From Halodesulfurarchaeum sp. (GTDB lineage: Archaea > Halobacteriota > Halobacteria > Halobacteriales > Halobacteriaceae): a DNA stretch of 64,000 nt. The DNA lies in assembly GCA_034520565.1 (NCBI GenBank), contig JAXHNL010000002.1, positions 640,001-704,000 of the forward strand, read 5' to 3'. A program made the translations under genes and the position numbers. Of the stretch, positions 10,003 to 19,986 are shown piece after piece. Each line of letters starts with the position of its first letter. Position 1 is the first letter of the stretch. The notes beneath the pieces are model-generated. The model saw nothing but the letters and a program-made list of their open reading frames with translations. It made no database searches and was not told the origin of the DNA.

Positions 10003-11116
10003 GCACACCGAATCGCTCATTCGGGAACTCGATGCGGCCCGCGAGGAGCGCGAGCGAGCGATCGAACGGGTCGAGGCGATCGGCGAGGGACAACTCGGCC
10101 GGCTCGAGGATACCTACGAGGAATTCACCACGCTGCTCGCCAAATACGAGGACCGCGCGAGCGGGTCCGGGGATTTCCAGGCCTTCGTCGAGTTCCAGGA
10201 GCGTCTCGACGCGTTCATCGAGGATCTCCCCGCGGACCTCACCGAGCGGGAGGCCTTCGAGGAAATCGACGACCGACTGCAGAAGCGACGGCTCACCGAC
10301 ACGGACTTCGAATGGGCCCGGTCCCGTCTGGAACCCGTCGAGGACCTGCTCGCCCGCCTCGAGGAGCGGAGCGACGCCAAACGCCGGGTGTTGGCCCTTG
10401 AGGGGGACGTTCAGGAGGCGATCTACGAAACGAAGGCCAGAATCGACCGGCTCGAGACCGTTCGCTCGCTCGGCAGCGCGGATCTCGACGCGCCAGTTGC
10501 CGACCTTCGCGAGCCGATCGAGCGATACAACGACTCGGCCCGGGCGGCCGTGACCGAGTTCCGGCGGTCGGCATCGGCGCAAACGGTCCTCTCGCTGCTC
10601 CAGCGGGCACAGCGATTTCCGCTCGTGCCGGTTCCCGAACCGCCCGCAGAACTCGTCGAGTACCTCGACTCGGCACCGGTCGGCGGGGAACCGATCCCCA
10701 CGCTCCTCGAATACGCCGACTACTCGCGGTCGAAACTCGGCCACTACGTCGAGTCGCCGGCGACCTTCGCCCGGATCGTCGGCGGAAATCGAACCTATCT
10801 CGACGGAATCGACGCCGAGCCGTTTACCGTCGAATGGCCACCGCCGGGGGCCGAAACGCTTCGCTGGCGCGGGCGGGAACTAATCGCCCTGCTCGATCGA
10901 TTCGCCCCCGAGGAGACGATCGCCGCGTTCCGGGACGCCTTCGAGATGGCCCGCGCGGACCCGGACCGGTACGCGCGACTCCGGAAAACCGCACGGGCGC
11001 GTTCGGAACTCAGCGAGGACGAACGTCGGCGAGTCGCGGCGGGAGCGATAGAGGAGGGACTTTCCGCCGAGCGCGACCGCCTCGCGGCTCTGGAGGCTGC
11101 ACTCGACTCGAACTGA
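9992..11116 (+). CDS. Conserved haloarchaeal coiled-coil protein
   Basis: Acidic helical ORF overlapping hisI end, upstream of mcm. Confidence 0.8.
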   Translation: MSTEHTESLIRELDAAREERERAIERVEAIGEGQLGRLEDTYEEFTTLLAKYEDRASGSGDFQAFVEFQERLDAFIEDLPADLTEREAFEEIDDRLQKRRLTDTDFEWARSRLEPVEDLLARLEERSDAKRRVLALEGDVQEAIYETKARIDRLETVRSLGSADLDAPVADLREPIERYNDSARAAVTEFRRSASAQTVLSLLQRAQRFPLVPVPEPPAELVEYLDSAPVGGEPIPTLLEYADYSRSKLGHYVESPATFARIVGGNRTYLDGIDAEPFTVEWPPPGAETLRWRGRELIALLDRFAPEETIAAFRDAFEMARADPDRYARLRKTARARSELSEDERRRVAAGAIEEGLSAERDRLAALEAALDSN

Positions 11117-11167
11117 TCGGGGGTCAGTACGAACCTTCTTAACCGATTGGACAAAACTCAACTCCGA

Positions 11168-14100
11168 ATGGCTTCGGCCCGGGACCAGGAACTGACCGAC
11201 CGATTCGAGACGTTCTACCGCGAGTATCGCAGCGACGCGATCGCCGATCTCGCGCGGGGTTATCCGCGCGAGGCGAAGTCCCTCGAGATCGATTACGAGG
11301 ACCTCTTCCGGTTCGACCCGGACTTCGTCGACGACCTCCTCGAGACGCCGCGGCGCTTCCTCGACGCGGCGGAGGAGGCCCTGCGGCTTTACGATTTGCC
11401 GGTGGACAGGGACCTCGCGAACGCGCACGTGCGGGTCACGAACCTCCCGGATCCGACCGAGATCCGGGACATCCGCTCGGAGCACCTGGGCACGCTGATC
11501 GCCGTCCAGGGCATCGTCCGGAAGGCGACGAGCGTGAAGCCCAAGATCGAGCAGGCGGCCTTCGAGTGTCTCCGTTGTGGCACGATCACCGTCGTTCCCC
11601 AGGCGGACGGCGACTTCCAGGACCCCTACCAGTGTGACGGCTGCGAACGGGAGGGCCCCTTCCAGTTTTTGACGGACGCCAACGAGACGGCGTTCGTCGA
11701 CGCCCAGAAGCTGCGGATCCAGGAGAGCCCCGAGGGGCTTGGCGGCGGGGAGACCCCCGAGAACATCGACATGCACATCGAGGACGACATCACTGGGAGG
11801 GTAAGCCCCGGCGATCACGTCACCGCTATCGGTATCCTTCGGCTCGACGACAGCGACATCGAATCGACGGACTCCCGGGTGTTCGATATGTACCTCGAGG
11901 GCGTCTCCGTGACGATCGAGGACGAGGAGTTCGAGGAGATGGAGATCTCCGAAACCGAGCGCGAGGAGATCATCCGCCTCTCCGAGGAGCCGGACATCTA
12001 CGAGCGTATCGTCGACTCCATCGCCCCGACCATCTACGGCTTCGAGGTGGCGAAACTGGCGATCGCCCTGCAACTGTTCTCCGGCGTGACCAAGCACCTC
12101 CCGGACGGGGCGCGGATCCGCGGAGACATTCACATTCTCCTGGTGGGTGACCCCGGAACTGGCAAATCTCAGATACTTCAGTATATCCGACATATCGCTC
12201 CACGGTCAGTGTACACCTCCGGCAAGGGGAGCTCCGCGGCCGGGCTCACTGCCGCCGCCGTCCGGGACGATTTCGGCGACGGCCAACAGTGGTCACTCGA
12301 AGCCGGGGCGCTGGTCCTGGCGGACAAGGGCGTCGCGGCGGTGGACGAGTTGGACAAGATGGCCTGCGTGACCGGTGATACGCTCGTCTCCCTCGGCAAC
12401 GGGAAGATAGAGCGAATCGGCGAACTCGCCCGTGAGGAAGCAGCGGAGGGATCCATCGAACATCTCGATAACGGGCGTATCATCAGGAATTTGGACGGTC
12501 TCTCCGTTGAGACGATGACTGAGGACGGGACCATCGATGAACGGCCCGTAACAGCCATCCACGAATACGACGCACCGAGTGAACTCTGTGAGGTCACACT
12601 CGAATCCGGCGAGTCACTCACGGCCACGCCCGATCATCCGTTTTTCGTCTGGGAGTCGGGGGAACGAGTAGAACGACCGGCTGTTGACCTTTCACCGGGC
12701 GATTGGGTTTTCGTTCCGGAGACATCCTTGCCGGTGGCAGGGGACGGTGGCAGCGTGACAAGCGAGGAGAACGCGGCACAGAACCTAATAGCGGTCCAGT
12801 CCTCGAAGGTTGCACTTTCGGCAGTCTTAGGATATCTCTCCGGGGATGGAAATGTCTACTACAACCAAACCGAGGGATCCTACGGTGTCCGTTTCATCAA
12901 TAGCGAAGAGGAACTTCTCTCGCACTTCGAACAGGTGGCAGGTCTGGCGTTCGATACGTTACCAGTACGGCATCCCAGCGAGCAACGAAAAGATGGCGTG
13001 GAAACTGTTCGGGTCAACGGGAAGTCAGCTGCCGAAACAGTCCTCGATGCTGGGATGAACCTTCAGACCTATGATGGAAAGGCGTTCCCAACAAGCGTCA
13101 CAGAGGGTGAACGAGCTGAAAAGGCAGCTTTCGTTCGTGCACTTGCAGATAGCGAGGGGTCAGTCGATACGGCTACTGGCAACGTAAAAATCCACTCGGC
13201 GAGCCGTGAACTGATGACCGGCACGAAAGAGATTCTTCGACAATTTGGCATCACGTCTCAAATACAGCATCGGAGCCGAACAGAGAAACGCGATCTGTTC
13301 ATACTGGTGATTACGGATGCAGAATCATTGCGCAACTTCCGCACCCATATTGGATTTACACTCTCACGAAAACAGGAAGCGCTGGAAGCCGTCGCAGCAG
13401 CTGTTGATGGCAGTCGGACGATACTTGATGTCATCCCCGATATCGGGGACCGGCTCGAGAAAATCCGCAGACAACTCCGACTCTACCAATCCGAATGTGG
13501 GACATCGGCCTATGGGGATTTCGAACGGGGAACCGCAAATACGTCGATCCATCGCGCAAAGGAAATTTTAGTGTCTTTCGAGGAGCGGAAACGGCAAGCC
13601 GAAATTGATCTCGAGCGTCTGGAATCCGAAACCTCGTGGGGGGAATTGGCCGAAATACGAGATCGGTATCACGTTTCCCAATCGGACCTCGGTTCAGAAA
13701 TCGGCTGGAGCCAGCAATCAATATCGGAGTCATGGGGGGCCGATAAAAACCTCAAGCAGGCCGTTCGAACCGGTTTAGGAGACCTTATCGACCCGGTCTC
13801 GACGACGGATTTGTCGTGGTTTAAATCGCTTGTAGAGGGGGATGTCAAGTGGCGACGCGTGAAGTCGGTCTCCCAAACCTCCGCGCCGCAGGTCGACGAT
13901 CGAATTCCACAGATTCGAAACGATCTGGCCCACACTTTGAACTGTTCGCCAAAACACGTCGAAGAGAAAGCGAAGACTCTACTTGAGACGGATGTAGACC
14001 TCTCGAATTGGGAAGACATCAAAATCGCACTTGATACCTTTGACATTTCTCAACACGAAATTGCGAATCACGTCAATGTCGATCAGTCGACCATTTCGAG

Positions 14101-15772
14101 ATGGATTACTGGCGCCGTGGAAACGTCGGAAATTGAGCGCGTTCGTACGGCGACGAAACTCCTCATTTCCCAAAAACGGCAGTACCTCGAGAGAAAACTG
14201 GGGGAAATTGCGGAACGGCGTTCGCCAAAAGTGTACGATCTGACCGTCGAAGGAACCCACAATTTCGTCGCCAACGGGATGGTCGTTCACAACTCCGACG
14301 ACAGGTCCGCAATGCACGAAGCGCTGGAGCAGCAGTCCTATCACCCCGAAACGGAGATCCTGCTTGCCGACGGTCGCCGCGTCAAAATCGGCGAATTTGT
14401 CGACGAACAGATGGCGACCCGAGAAGACGAAATCGTGGACGGAGTCGATTGTGAGATCCTTCCGGTTGATGGCGTGGCTGTTCACTCGACGGACATGGAA
14501 TCCGGAAAGACATCTGAACTTCCCGTCGATCGTGTCAGTAGGCACGAGGCACCGTCGGAGTTTGTTCAGGTGTCATTCTCTAATGACCAGAAAATCACGG
14601 TGACGCCGGAGCACCCGATGTTCGTCGCTAAGGGAAAAGCCGTGAAAACGATCGAAGCGAGTGAGGTGGAGACTGGCACCTTCGTTCCTGCCCCGGTCGG
14701 TGAGTTACTGAGTGGGTCCGAGACCGTGTCGGAGGTGAAACAGTCTGTATCTGACGGTGGTGAGTCACTTTCACAGGACTTCTCCTATCTGCAGGTCACT
14801 GACGTCGAAACGGTCCCGAACGAGGGCGAATACGCCACTGACTGGGTCTATGACGTAACCGTCGAGCCCACGAACACGTTCGTCAGCCAGGGGGTTATCC
14901 TCCATAATTCGATCAGTATCTCAAAGGCCGGAATCAACGCGACCCTCAAATCCCGGTGTGCGCTTCTCGGGGCGGCCAACCCCGAACTCGGACGGTTCGA
15001 CCGCTACGAGACGCCGGCCAACCAGATCGACCTCGAACCCGCGCTCGTTTCGCGGTTCGATCTGATCTTCACCGTCACCGACAAGCCGGACGAGGAGAAA
15101 GACGCCAACCTCGCCGAGCACATCCTCAGGACGAACTACGCCGGGGAACTCAACACCCACCGGACGAAGGTCAACACCTCGAACGTCTCCGCGAGCGACG
15201 TCGACAAGGCGACCGAGTCGGTGTCGCCGGCGATCGAACCGGACATCATGCGGAAGTACATCGCCTACGCGCGCTCGACGTGCTTTCCGACCATGACCGA
15301 CGCCGCGGAATCCCGGATCCGGGAGTTCTACGTCGACCTGCGCTCGCAGGGAACGGGTGAGGACTCGCCGGTTCCCGTGACCGCCCGGAAGCTGGAGGCG
15401 ATCGTCCGACTCGCCGAGGCCTCGGCCCGCGTGCGGCTCTCCGATACCGTCGAGATGGAGGACGCCGAACGCGCCCTCGATATCGTCGAGACGACGCTCA
15501 AGGAGATCGGGATGGACCCCGAGACCGGCCAGTACGACGCCGACGTCATCGAGACCGGACAGTCCAAAACCCAGCGGGACCGCATCCGGACGATCAAGGA
15601 GCTCATCGTCGAGATCGAATCCGAGTTCGACGAGGGTGCGCCGATCGACGAGGTGCTCGCCCGTGCGGAGGAGGTCGACATGGACCGGTCGAGGGCCGAA
15701 CACGAGATCGAGAAGCTGAAAACCCAGGGCGAGGTCTACGAACCGACGACCGAGCACCTCCGGACGACGTGA
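11168..15772 (+). CDS. mcm: MCM replicative helicase containing two inteins
   Basis: CLRC/CDGC Zn finger, Walker A GDPGTGKS, Walker B VDELDKM, SRFD Arg finger, TARKLE. Confidence 0.97.
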   Translation: MASARDQELTDRFETFYREYRSDAIADLARGYPREAKSLEIDYEDLFRFDPDFVDDLLETPRRFLDAAEEALRLYDLPVDRDLANAHVRVTNLPDPTEIRDIRSEHLGTLIAVQGIVRKATSVKPKIEQAAFECLRCGTITVVPQADGDFQDPYQCDGCEREGPFQFLTDANETAFVDAQKLRIQESPEGLGGGETPENIDMHIEDDITGRVSPGDHVTAIGILRLDDSDIESTDSRVFDMYLEGVSVTIEDEEFEEMEISETEREEIIRLSEEPDIYERIVDSIAPTIYGFEVAKLAIALQLFSGVTKHLPDGARIRGDIHILLVGDPGTGKSQILQYIRHIAPRSVYTSGKGSSAAGLTAAAVRDDFGDGQQWSLEAGALVLADKGVAAVDELDKMACVTGDTLVSLGNGKIERIGELAREEAAEGSIEHLDNGRIIRNLDGLSVETMTEDGTIDERPVTAIHEYDAPSELCEVTLESGESLTATPDHPFFVWESGERVERPAVDLSPGDWVFVPETSLPVAGDGGSVTSEENAAQNLIAVQSSKVALSAVLGYLSGDGNVYYNQTEGSYGVRFINSEEELLSHFEQVAGLAFDTLPVRHPSEQRKDGVETVRVNGKSAAETVLDAGMNLQTYDGKAFPTSVTEGERAEKAAFVRALADSEGSVDTATGNVKIHSASRELMTGTKEILRQFGITSQIQHRSRTEKRDLFILVITDAESLRNFRTHIGFTLSRKQEALEAVAAAVDGSRTILDVIPDIGDRLEKIRRQLRLYQSECGTSAYGDFERGTANTSIHRAKEILVSFEERKRQAEIDLERLESETSWGELAEIRDRYHVSQSDLGSEIGWSQQSISESWGADKNLKQAVRTGLGDLIDPVSTTDLSWFKSLVEGDVKWRRVKSVSQTSAPQVDDRIPQIRNDLAHTLNCSPKHVEEKAKTLLETDVDLSNWEDIKIALDTFDISQHEIANHVNVDQSTISRWITGAVETSEIERVRTATKLLISQKRQYLERKLGEIAERRSPKVYDLTVEGTHNFVANGMVVHNSDDRSAMHEALEQQSYHPETEILLADGRRVKIGEFVDEQMATREDEIVDGVDCEILPVDGVAVHSTDMESGKTSELPVDRVSRHEAPSEFVQVSFSNDQKITVTPEHPMFVAKGKAVKTIEASEVETGTFVPAPVGELLSGSETVSEVKQSVSDGGESLSQDFSYLQVTDVETVPNEGEYATDWVYDVTVEPTNTFVSQGVILHNSISISKAGINATLKSRCALLGAANPELGRFDRYETPANQIDLEPALVSRFDLIFTVTDKPDEEKDANLAEHILRTNYAGELNTHRTKVNTSNVSASDVDKATESVSPAIEPDIMRKYIAYARSTCFPTMTDAAESRIREFYVDLRSQGTGEDSPVPVTARKLEAIVRLAEASARVRLSDTVEMEDAERALDIVETTLKEIGMDPETGQYDADVIETGQSKTQRDRIRTIKELIVEIESEFDEGAPIDEVLARAEEVDMDRSRAEHEIEKLKTQGEVYEPTTEHLRTT
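12365..14293 (+). mobile_element. Large intein (643 aa) with LAGLIDADG homing endonuclease and extra HTH domains, inserted after Walker B
   Basis: DKMA|CVTGDT, TPDHPF block B, LGYLSGDG and RALADSEG motifs, VYDLTV...VVHN|S; lower GC than exteins. Confidence 0.95.
14336..14908 (+). mobile_element. Mini-intein (191 aa, Ser start, no endonuclease)
   Basis: ALEQQ|SYHPET, TPEHPM, VYDVTV...ILHN|SISISKAG. Confidence 0.95.
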
Positions 15773-15812
15773 GGATCCGAACGCTCATTGGACCGCCACC
15801 GTCAATACGACC

Positions 15813-16091
15813 ATGGACCGCATCGCTGCCCTTCGGACCGTCGAGGACGCCCTGTCGGCCTTCGAGCGGGGCGAAATCGATCTCGACACGATGGCAGCCC
15901 GGGTACAGGGCACCCTCCGAACCTACGCGACCGAGTTCGAGGACGGCGGACTCCGCGCCTATCGAGCCACGGGCGAGCCGGCAATAGAGGGATTGGTCGT
16001 CGTCGCCGAATCGCCGGGGGCAGCACGGGAGCAGATCGCGGCGTTGGTGGATGTCGACCGACCCGATTTCGACATCGAACGCGCGGGGTGA
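15813..16091 (+). CDS. Conserved haloarchaeal hypothetical protein (mcm-linked cluster)
   Basis: MDRIAALRTVEDALSAFERGEIDL; acidic. Confidence 0.8.
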   Translation: MDRIAALRTVEDALSAFERGEIDLDTMAARVQGTLRTYATEFEDGGLRAYRATGEPAIEGLVVVAESPGAAREQIAALVDVDRPDFDIERAG

Positions 16092-16129
16092 TCGAATCCT
16101 TTTTTTGGCAGACAGCATCGGGATAACAT

Positions 16130-16468
16130 GTGTTGTTGGTCATCGCCTATTCGTCGGCCGCCCGCCAGCAGCTCCGGAACACCGAGCGCTCCTTTCCCGG
16201 GGTGTTCCGACGCCGGTTCGGGCGGGTGGGACTGCTCGCGGAGACGGAACTGGGGGCCTTTCTCGCGTTACGGATCCGGGAAGCACACGGTGCCGACGTG
16301 CAACTCGCTCGGACTGAACCGCTCAACGAGTTTCGCGACGTTCCGGCGGCCGTTCGCGAAGCGGCGGCCGCCTACGCCGACCGGGAGTCGCGGGCGACTC
16401 CGTACGAGAAATTCGCCGCGGGAACGCCACATCCGGGGATCGACGCCCTTCGGGATCGCGAGCTATGA
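16130..16468 (+). CDS. Conserved hypothetical protein (mcm-linked cluster)
   Basis: GTG start, MLLVIAYSSAARQQLRN; ATGA overlap with next gene. Confidence 0.75.
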   Translation: MLLVIAYSSAARQQLRNTERSFPGVFRRRFGRVGLLAETELGAFLALRIREAHGADVQLARTEPLNEFRDVPAAVREAAAAYADRESRATPYEKFAAGTPHPGIDALRDREL

Positions 16469-17292
16469 GGATCCGGGTCGGCGAGACCGAGCTGGTCGGG
16501 CAAGCGGTCGACCTCCGATCGTACGATGTGCGCCCCGGACGGCTGGTGGCGGCGGTCCGGGACTCGGCTGCCGACCTCGTGGTCGCTCCGTCACCGGACC
16601 CGATACATCGGCATGTCGGACTTATCCGACCGGGCATGCAGTTCGACTGCGGCGGAGCCCTCGCCGATGCCGGCCGTTCGATCGGTCTCGAATCGCCCCA
16701 GGCGGCCGAGATCGCTCGGCTGGATCGCGAGATCGCGGCCATCGAGCCGGCGTCACCGGACCTTCGTGCCGCCCGACAGCGGGCCGCCGAAGCGGGGGCC
16801 GATCTCGCGGCCTTGAAAGAGGCGGTAGCCAGAATCAGTGGACGGTTGAACGCCCGACGGGACGCTGGTCTTCCCACTGCGGAGGTGGAACAGGAACTCG
16901 ACGCGCGCACCCGCGAACTCACGGAAGCGGAAACGGCGGCGATCGCGGCCGAGGAAGCGCTCTCTCGGGCGGAAGCGAGGGCCGAAACCGCTCGGGACGA
17001 GCGGGAGCGGCGCCTCTCGCTCGTCGATAGCCGGGAGAATCGCCGTCGCGAGGCCCGGCAGTGGTTTCGGAACGCCCTGGGTGCTTCCTTCGAGCGATCA
17101 CTCCGTAGCCTCCCGGTCTCGACGGAACCGGCCCGACCGTCGGGTTTTGCCGGCCCTGCTCGCGAGGCGGCACTGGCTATCGCCAGAATTGCCGGCCTTT
17201 CGGCGCCGGTCGTCCTCGCCGATGGGCCGTTCGAAACGGCGGTCCAAGCGCGGGGGGCACTCGACTGCCCGGTGGTCCTGGCCAGAGTTTAA
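16465..17292 (+). CDS. Conserved hypothetical protein with long central coiled coil
   Basis: E/A/R-rich heptads in the middle; H-V-G motif near N-terminus. Confidence 0.75.
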   Translation: MRIRVGETELVGQAVDLRSYDVRPGRLVAAVRDSAADLVVAPSPDPIHRHVGLIRPGMQFDCGGALADAGRSIGLESPQAAEIARLDREIAAIEPASPDLRAARQRAAEAGADLAALKEAVARISGRLNARRDAGLPTAEVEQELDARTRELTEAETAAIAAEEALSRAEARAETARDERERRLSLVDSRENRRREARQWFRNALGASFERSLRSLPVSTEPARPSGFAGPAREAALAIARIAGLSAPVVLADGPFETAVQARGALDCPVVLARV

Positions 17293-17318
17293 ACACGGAG
17301 ATGGGCCCAGTGTCGCCC

Positions 17319-17753
17319 ATGGACTGCACCGTTACGACGACGGCGATCGACGGCGCGTCGCTGGTGTCCGCGGTCGTCGAAAATCCGCACGACGAGCCCG
17401 CCCGCTTCCGGGTGGAAAACGATTGTGACGGTCCGGTCTGGCCGCCCCGCCGCCGGGGCTACGTCGAACCGGGCTGGGACGAGTCGGGGTATGAAGGCGT
17501 GCTGGAACCGGGCGAGTGTGTCTCGCTCGGCTATGCCGTCCCGGCCGAGCCTGCCGAGCCACCGGCGCGGCTCGCCTGGACCGAACCGGCCACCTCGATC
17601 GACCGGGGCGGGGACGCGGGTACTTCGGCCGTCGTGGACGAGCACGCCGCCGATTCGACGGCCCGCTCCTTCACAGACCCCCGACCGCCACGTGGCGTCC
17701 TTTCCCCGGGCAGTTCCCCTTCCGAACACCGGCCAACTGGTGAGTGGCCGTGA
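17319..17753 (+). CDS. Conserved hypothetical protein (beta-rich, VWPPRRRG motif)
   Basis: ORF coupled to the downstream minD by GTGA overlap. Confidence 0.7.
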   Translation: MDCTVTTTAIDGASLVSAVVENPHDEPARFRVENDCDGPVWPPRRRGYVEPGWDESGYEGVLEPGECVSLGYAVPAEPAEPPARLAWTEPATSIDRGGDAGTSAVVDEHAADSTARSFTDPRPPRGVLSPGSSPSEHRPTGEWP

Positions 17754-18433
17754 TCGTCACCGTTTGCGGTGGCAAAGGTGGCGTCGGAAAGAGTACGCTC
17801 TCGCTCAACCTCGGGGCGGCCCTCGACGCGGTCGTCGTCGACGCCGACTTCGGAATGGCCGATTTGCCGACCGACGGGGGTCCTACCCTCCACGACGTGC
17901 TCGCGGGCCGAGCTGATCCACTCGAGGCGGTCAGGACGGAGTGGGCCGTGGGCGTGCTTCCGGCGGGCCGATCCCTGGCCGGGGCCCGGTCGGTCGAACC
18001 GACCGAGCTGGTCGGGGTGCTCGAGACCCTCGCGGCGACCTACGAGTACGTGATCGTCGACGCCCCGGCCGGCTTCGACGCGGATGCGGCTCTCCCGATC
18101 GTCGCGGCAGACTGCTGTGTTCTCGTGACGACGCCCGACCCGGCGACGCTGGCCGACGCGGTGCGAACCCGCTCGCTGGCCCGGGAACTCGGGACCGACC
18201 TCGGGGCCGTGGTGTTGAACCGCGCGGCGGCGGTTCGCGAATCGGTCACCGAAACCCTCGGCGGGCCCCAGTTCGCGGTTCCCGATCGTGCCGACATCCA
18301 CGCCGCCCAGCAGTCCGGGCTTCCAGTCGCGCTCACCGATGCCCCACCGGCGGCTCGAACTCCGTTCGAGGCCGTCGCTTCCCACGTACGAACGCTGAAC
18401 CGGGACCGCCGAACGAACCCGCGAGAGAACTAA
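17750..18433 (+). CDS. MinD/ParA family ATPase
   Basis: Deviant Walker A GGKGGVGKST, VDAD, IVDAPAG, VLNR. Confidence 0.92.
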   Translation: MIVTVCGGKGGVGKSTLSLNLGAALDAVVVDADFGMADLPTDGGPTLHDVLAGRADPLEAVRTEWAVGVLPAGRSLAGARSVEPTELVGVLETLAATYEYVIVDAPAGFDADAALPIVAADCCVLVTTPDPATLADAVRTRSLARELGTDLGAVVLNRAAAVRESVTETLGGPQFAVPDRADIHAAQQSGLPVALTDAPPAARTPFEAVASHVRTLNRDRRTNPREN

Positions 18434-18438
18434 TCGAC

Positions 18439-19299
18439 TCAGTTTGCAAGCACTCGGACGGCCGATCGAAGCGTCACGGGCGTGACGTCCGCCAGTGTGG
18501 CAGCTTCGGCCTGGGTCGGTCCACCTGCCTCGACATCGGTGACCGCATAGAGGGCCGCGGCGGCGACGCCGCTCGGGTTACGGCCGCCGATCTCGGCCGC
18601 GTCCGTCGCCTCGAGGAGCGAGCGGGCGGCCGCCTCGACGTCGGATCCGAGCCCGAGTTCCGTGGCGAAACGCGGGAGATACGAGGCGGGATCGATCGGG
18701 CCGGTCCGGAGCCCGAGTTCGCGGTTCATCGCGTCGTAGGCCGCCCGGAACTCGTCGTCGTCGGCCTTTGCGACTTCGGTGATCTCTCCGGTCGTGCGGG
18801 CCAACCCGTTCGTCCGGCAGACCGCGTAGACCGCCGCGGCGGCGAACCCCTCGAGCGACCGTCCCGGAAGGAGCCCCTCGTTCTGGGCCGATTCGAACAG
18901 CACGCAGGCCTGGTCGCGGATGTCCTTTGGGAGGGAGAGGTGAGCGGTGACCCGCCGGATCTCCGTGAATCCGTAGATCTGGTTGCGCTCGGCCGTCGAA
19001 CTGACCCGGGCCCGGTCGTGCTGGGTTCGCATCCGGCGCAGGCGCCGCCGCTTCCGTCCAGACACCCGGTTCGAGCGTCCGATTTCGGTCGAGAGTCCGC
19101 GGTCGTGGCGGGACCGGGACAGCGGGGCGCCGGTCCGGCGGCGATCGGGCCCGTCCTCGAAGGACCGCCACTCTGGGCCCCGGTCGAGCCGGTCCTCGTC
19201 GACGACCAGTCCACACTCTCCACAGACGGTTTCGGTTCCTTCCACGCGCAGTGCCCCCGCACATTCCGGACAGCTCCGGGTCGCCTCGGTGACGCTCAT
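18439..19299 (-). CDS. tfb: Transcription initiation factor IIB paralogue
   Basis: CPEC...CGECG Zn ribbon, GPEWRSF, HDRGLSTEIG, GRS and GRNP cyclin repeats. Confidence 0.95.
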   Translation of the reverse strand: MSVTEATRSCPECAGALRVEGTETVCGECGLVVDEDRLDRGPEWRSFEDGPDRRRTGAPLSRSRHDRGLSTEIGRSNRVSGRKRRRLRRMRTQHDRARVSSTAERNQIYGFTEIRRVTAHLSLPKDIRDQACVLFESAQNEGLLPGRSLEGFAAAAVYAVCRTNGLARTTGEITEVAKADDDEFRAAYDAMNRELGLRTGPIDPASYLPRFATELGLGSDVEAAARSLLEATDAAEIGGRNPSGVAAAALYAVTDVEAGGPTQAEAATLADVTPVTLRSAVRVLAN

Positions 19300-19379
19300 C
19301 ACATCTGAAACTTGACTCCGAACGGGTATTTAAGGTGGCACTGAACGAGGGGGTTGAACCCGGTGACAGCACGACGGAA

Positions 19380-19398
19380 CCTACCGGTAACCGGTAGG
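19380..19398. promoter_or_regulatory. Perfect 9-1-9 palindrome in the divergent tfb intergenic region, putative operator
   Basis: CCTACCGGT-A-ACCGGTAGG; TATA-like TTAAATA on - strand at about 19327-19333. Confidence 0.45.
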
Positions 19399-19470
19399 CT
19401 GTCTGCGAGATATATCGGAAATCCAACTGCCACACGAACGTTTTTGTCCGGGGACGACCGAGGGGCGACC

Positions 19471-19986
19471 ATGTCGCTATCGGACATCGCCGAAGGGGTC
19501 GCCACGACCCGGACCCAGCAGGATCGGGGCGTCGCGGTCGTGGACCGGACGGAGGCCCCACTGGCTGCCGTACTCGAGGACGTCGCCGATGCCCTGCCAT
19601 GCGACGCGGAGACGGCGTCGGCACTTATCGAGGCCTATCGAGGAGGGGCGAGCGTCGGTGACGTTGCTACGCGGGGCGGGGTTCCACCGACGACCGCCGC
19701 GAAGACCCTTCACCTGCTGGGCTTCGAGGGACTCTCGCCGCTCTCGCCGCTCCAGCGGGACATTTGCCGGGACTGGCTCGCCGGCGACCTCGCCCGGGCC
19801 GAGGCCCGGGAACTCGCGGACGCGAGCGAACGCGAGTTCGCCCTGGGCGCCTACGTCGAGACGCACGATCCGATTCCGGGGGCCGGAGAGGCGATCGACG
19901 ACGCGCTTTCCTCGAGCGAGAACGCGATGGTCGAAAAACGGGAGACGCTGGCCGAGACGATGACCGCGGCGAGTGACTTCCTCTAG
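19471..19986 (+). CDS. Conserved hypothetical protein with HTH-like segment
   Basis: MSLSDIAEG...SVGDVATRGGVPPTTAAKTLHLLG. Confidence 0.8.
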   Translation: MSLSDIAEGVATTRTQQDRGVAVVDRTEAPLAAVLEDVADALPCDAETASALIEAYRGGASVGDVATRGGVPPTTAAKTLHLLGFEGLSPLSPLQRDICRDWLAGDLARAEARELADASEREFALGAYVETHDPIPGAGEAIDDALSSSENAMVEKRETLAETMTAASDFL

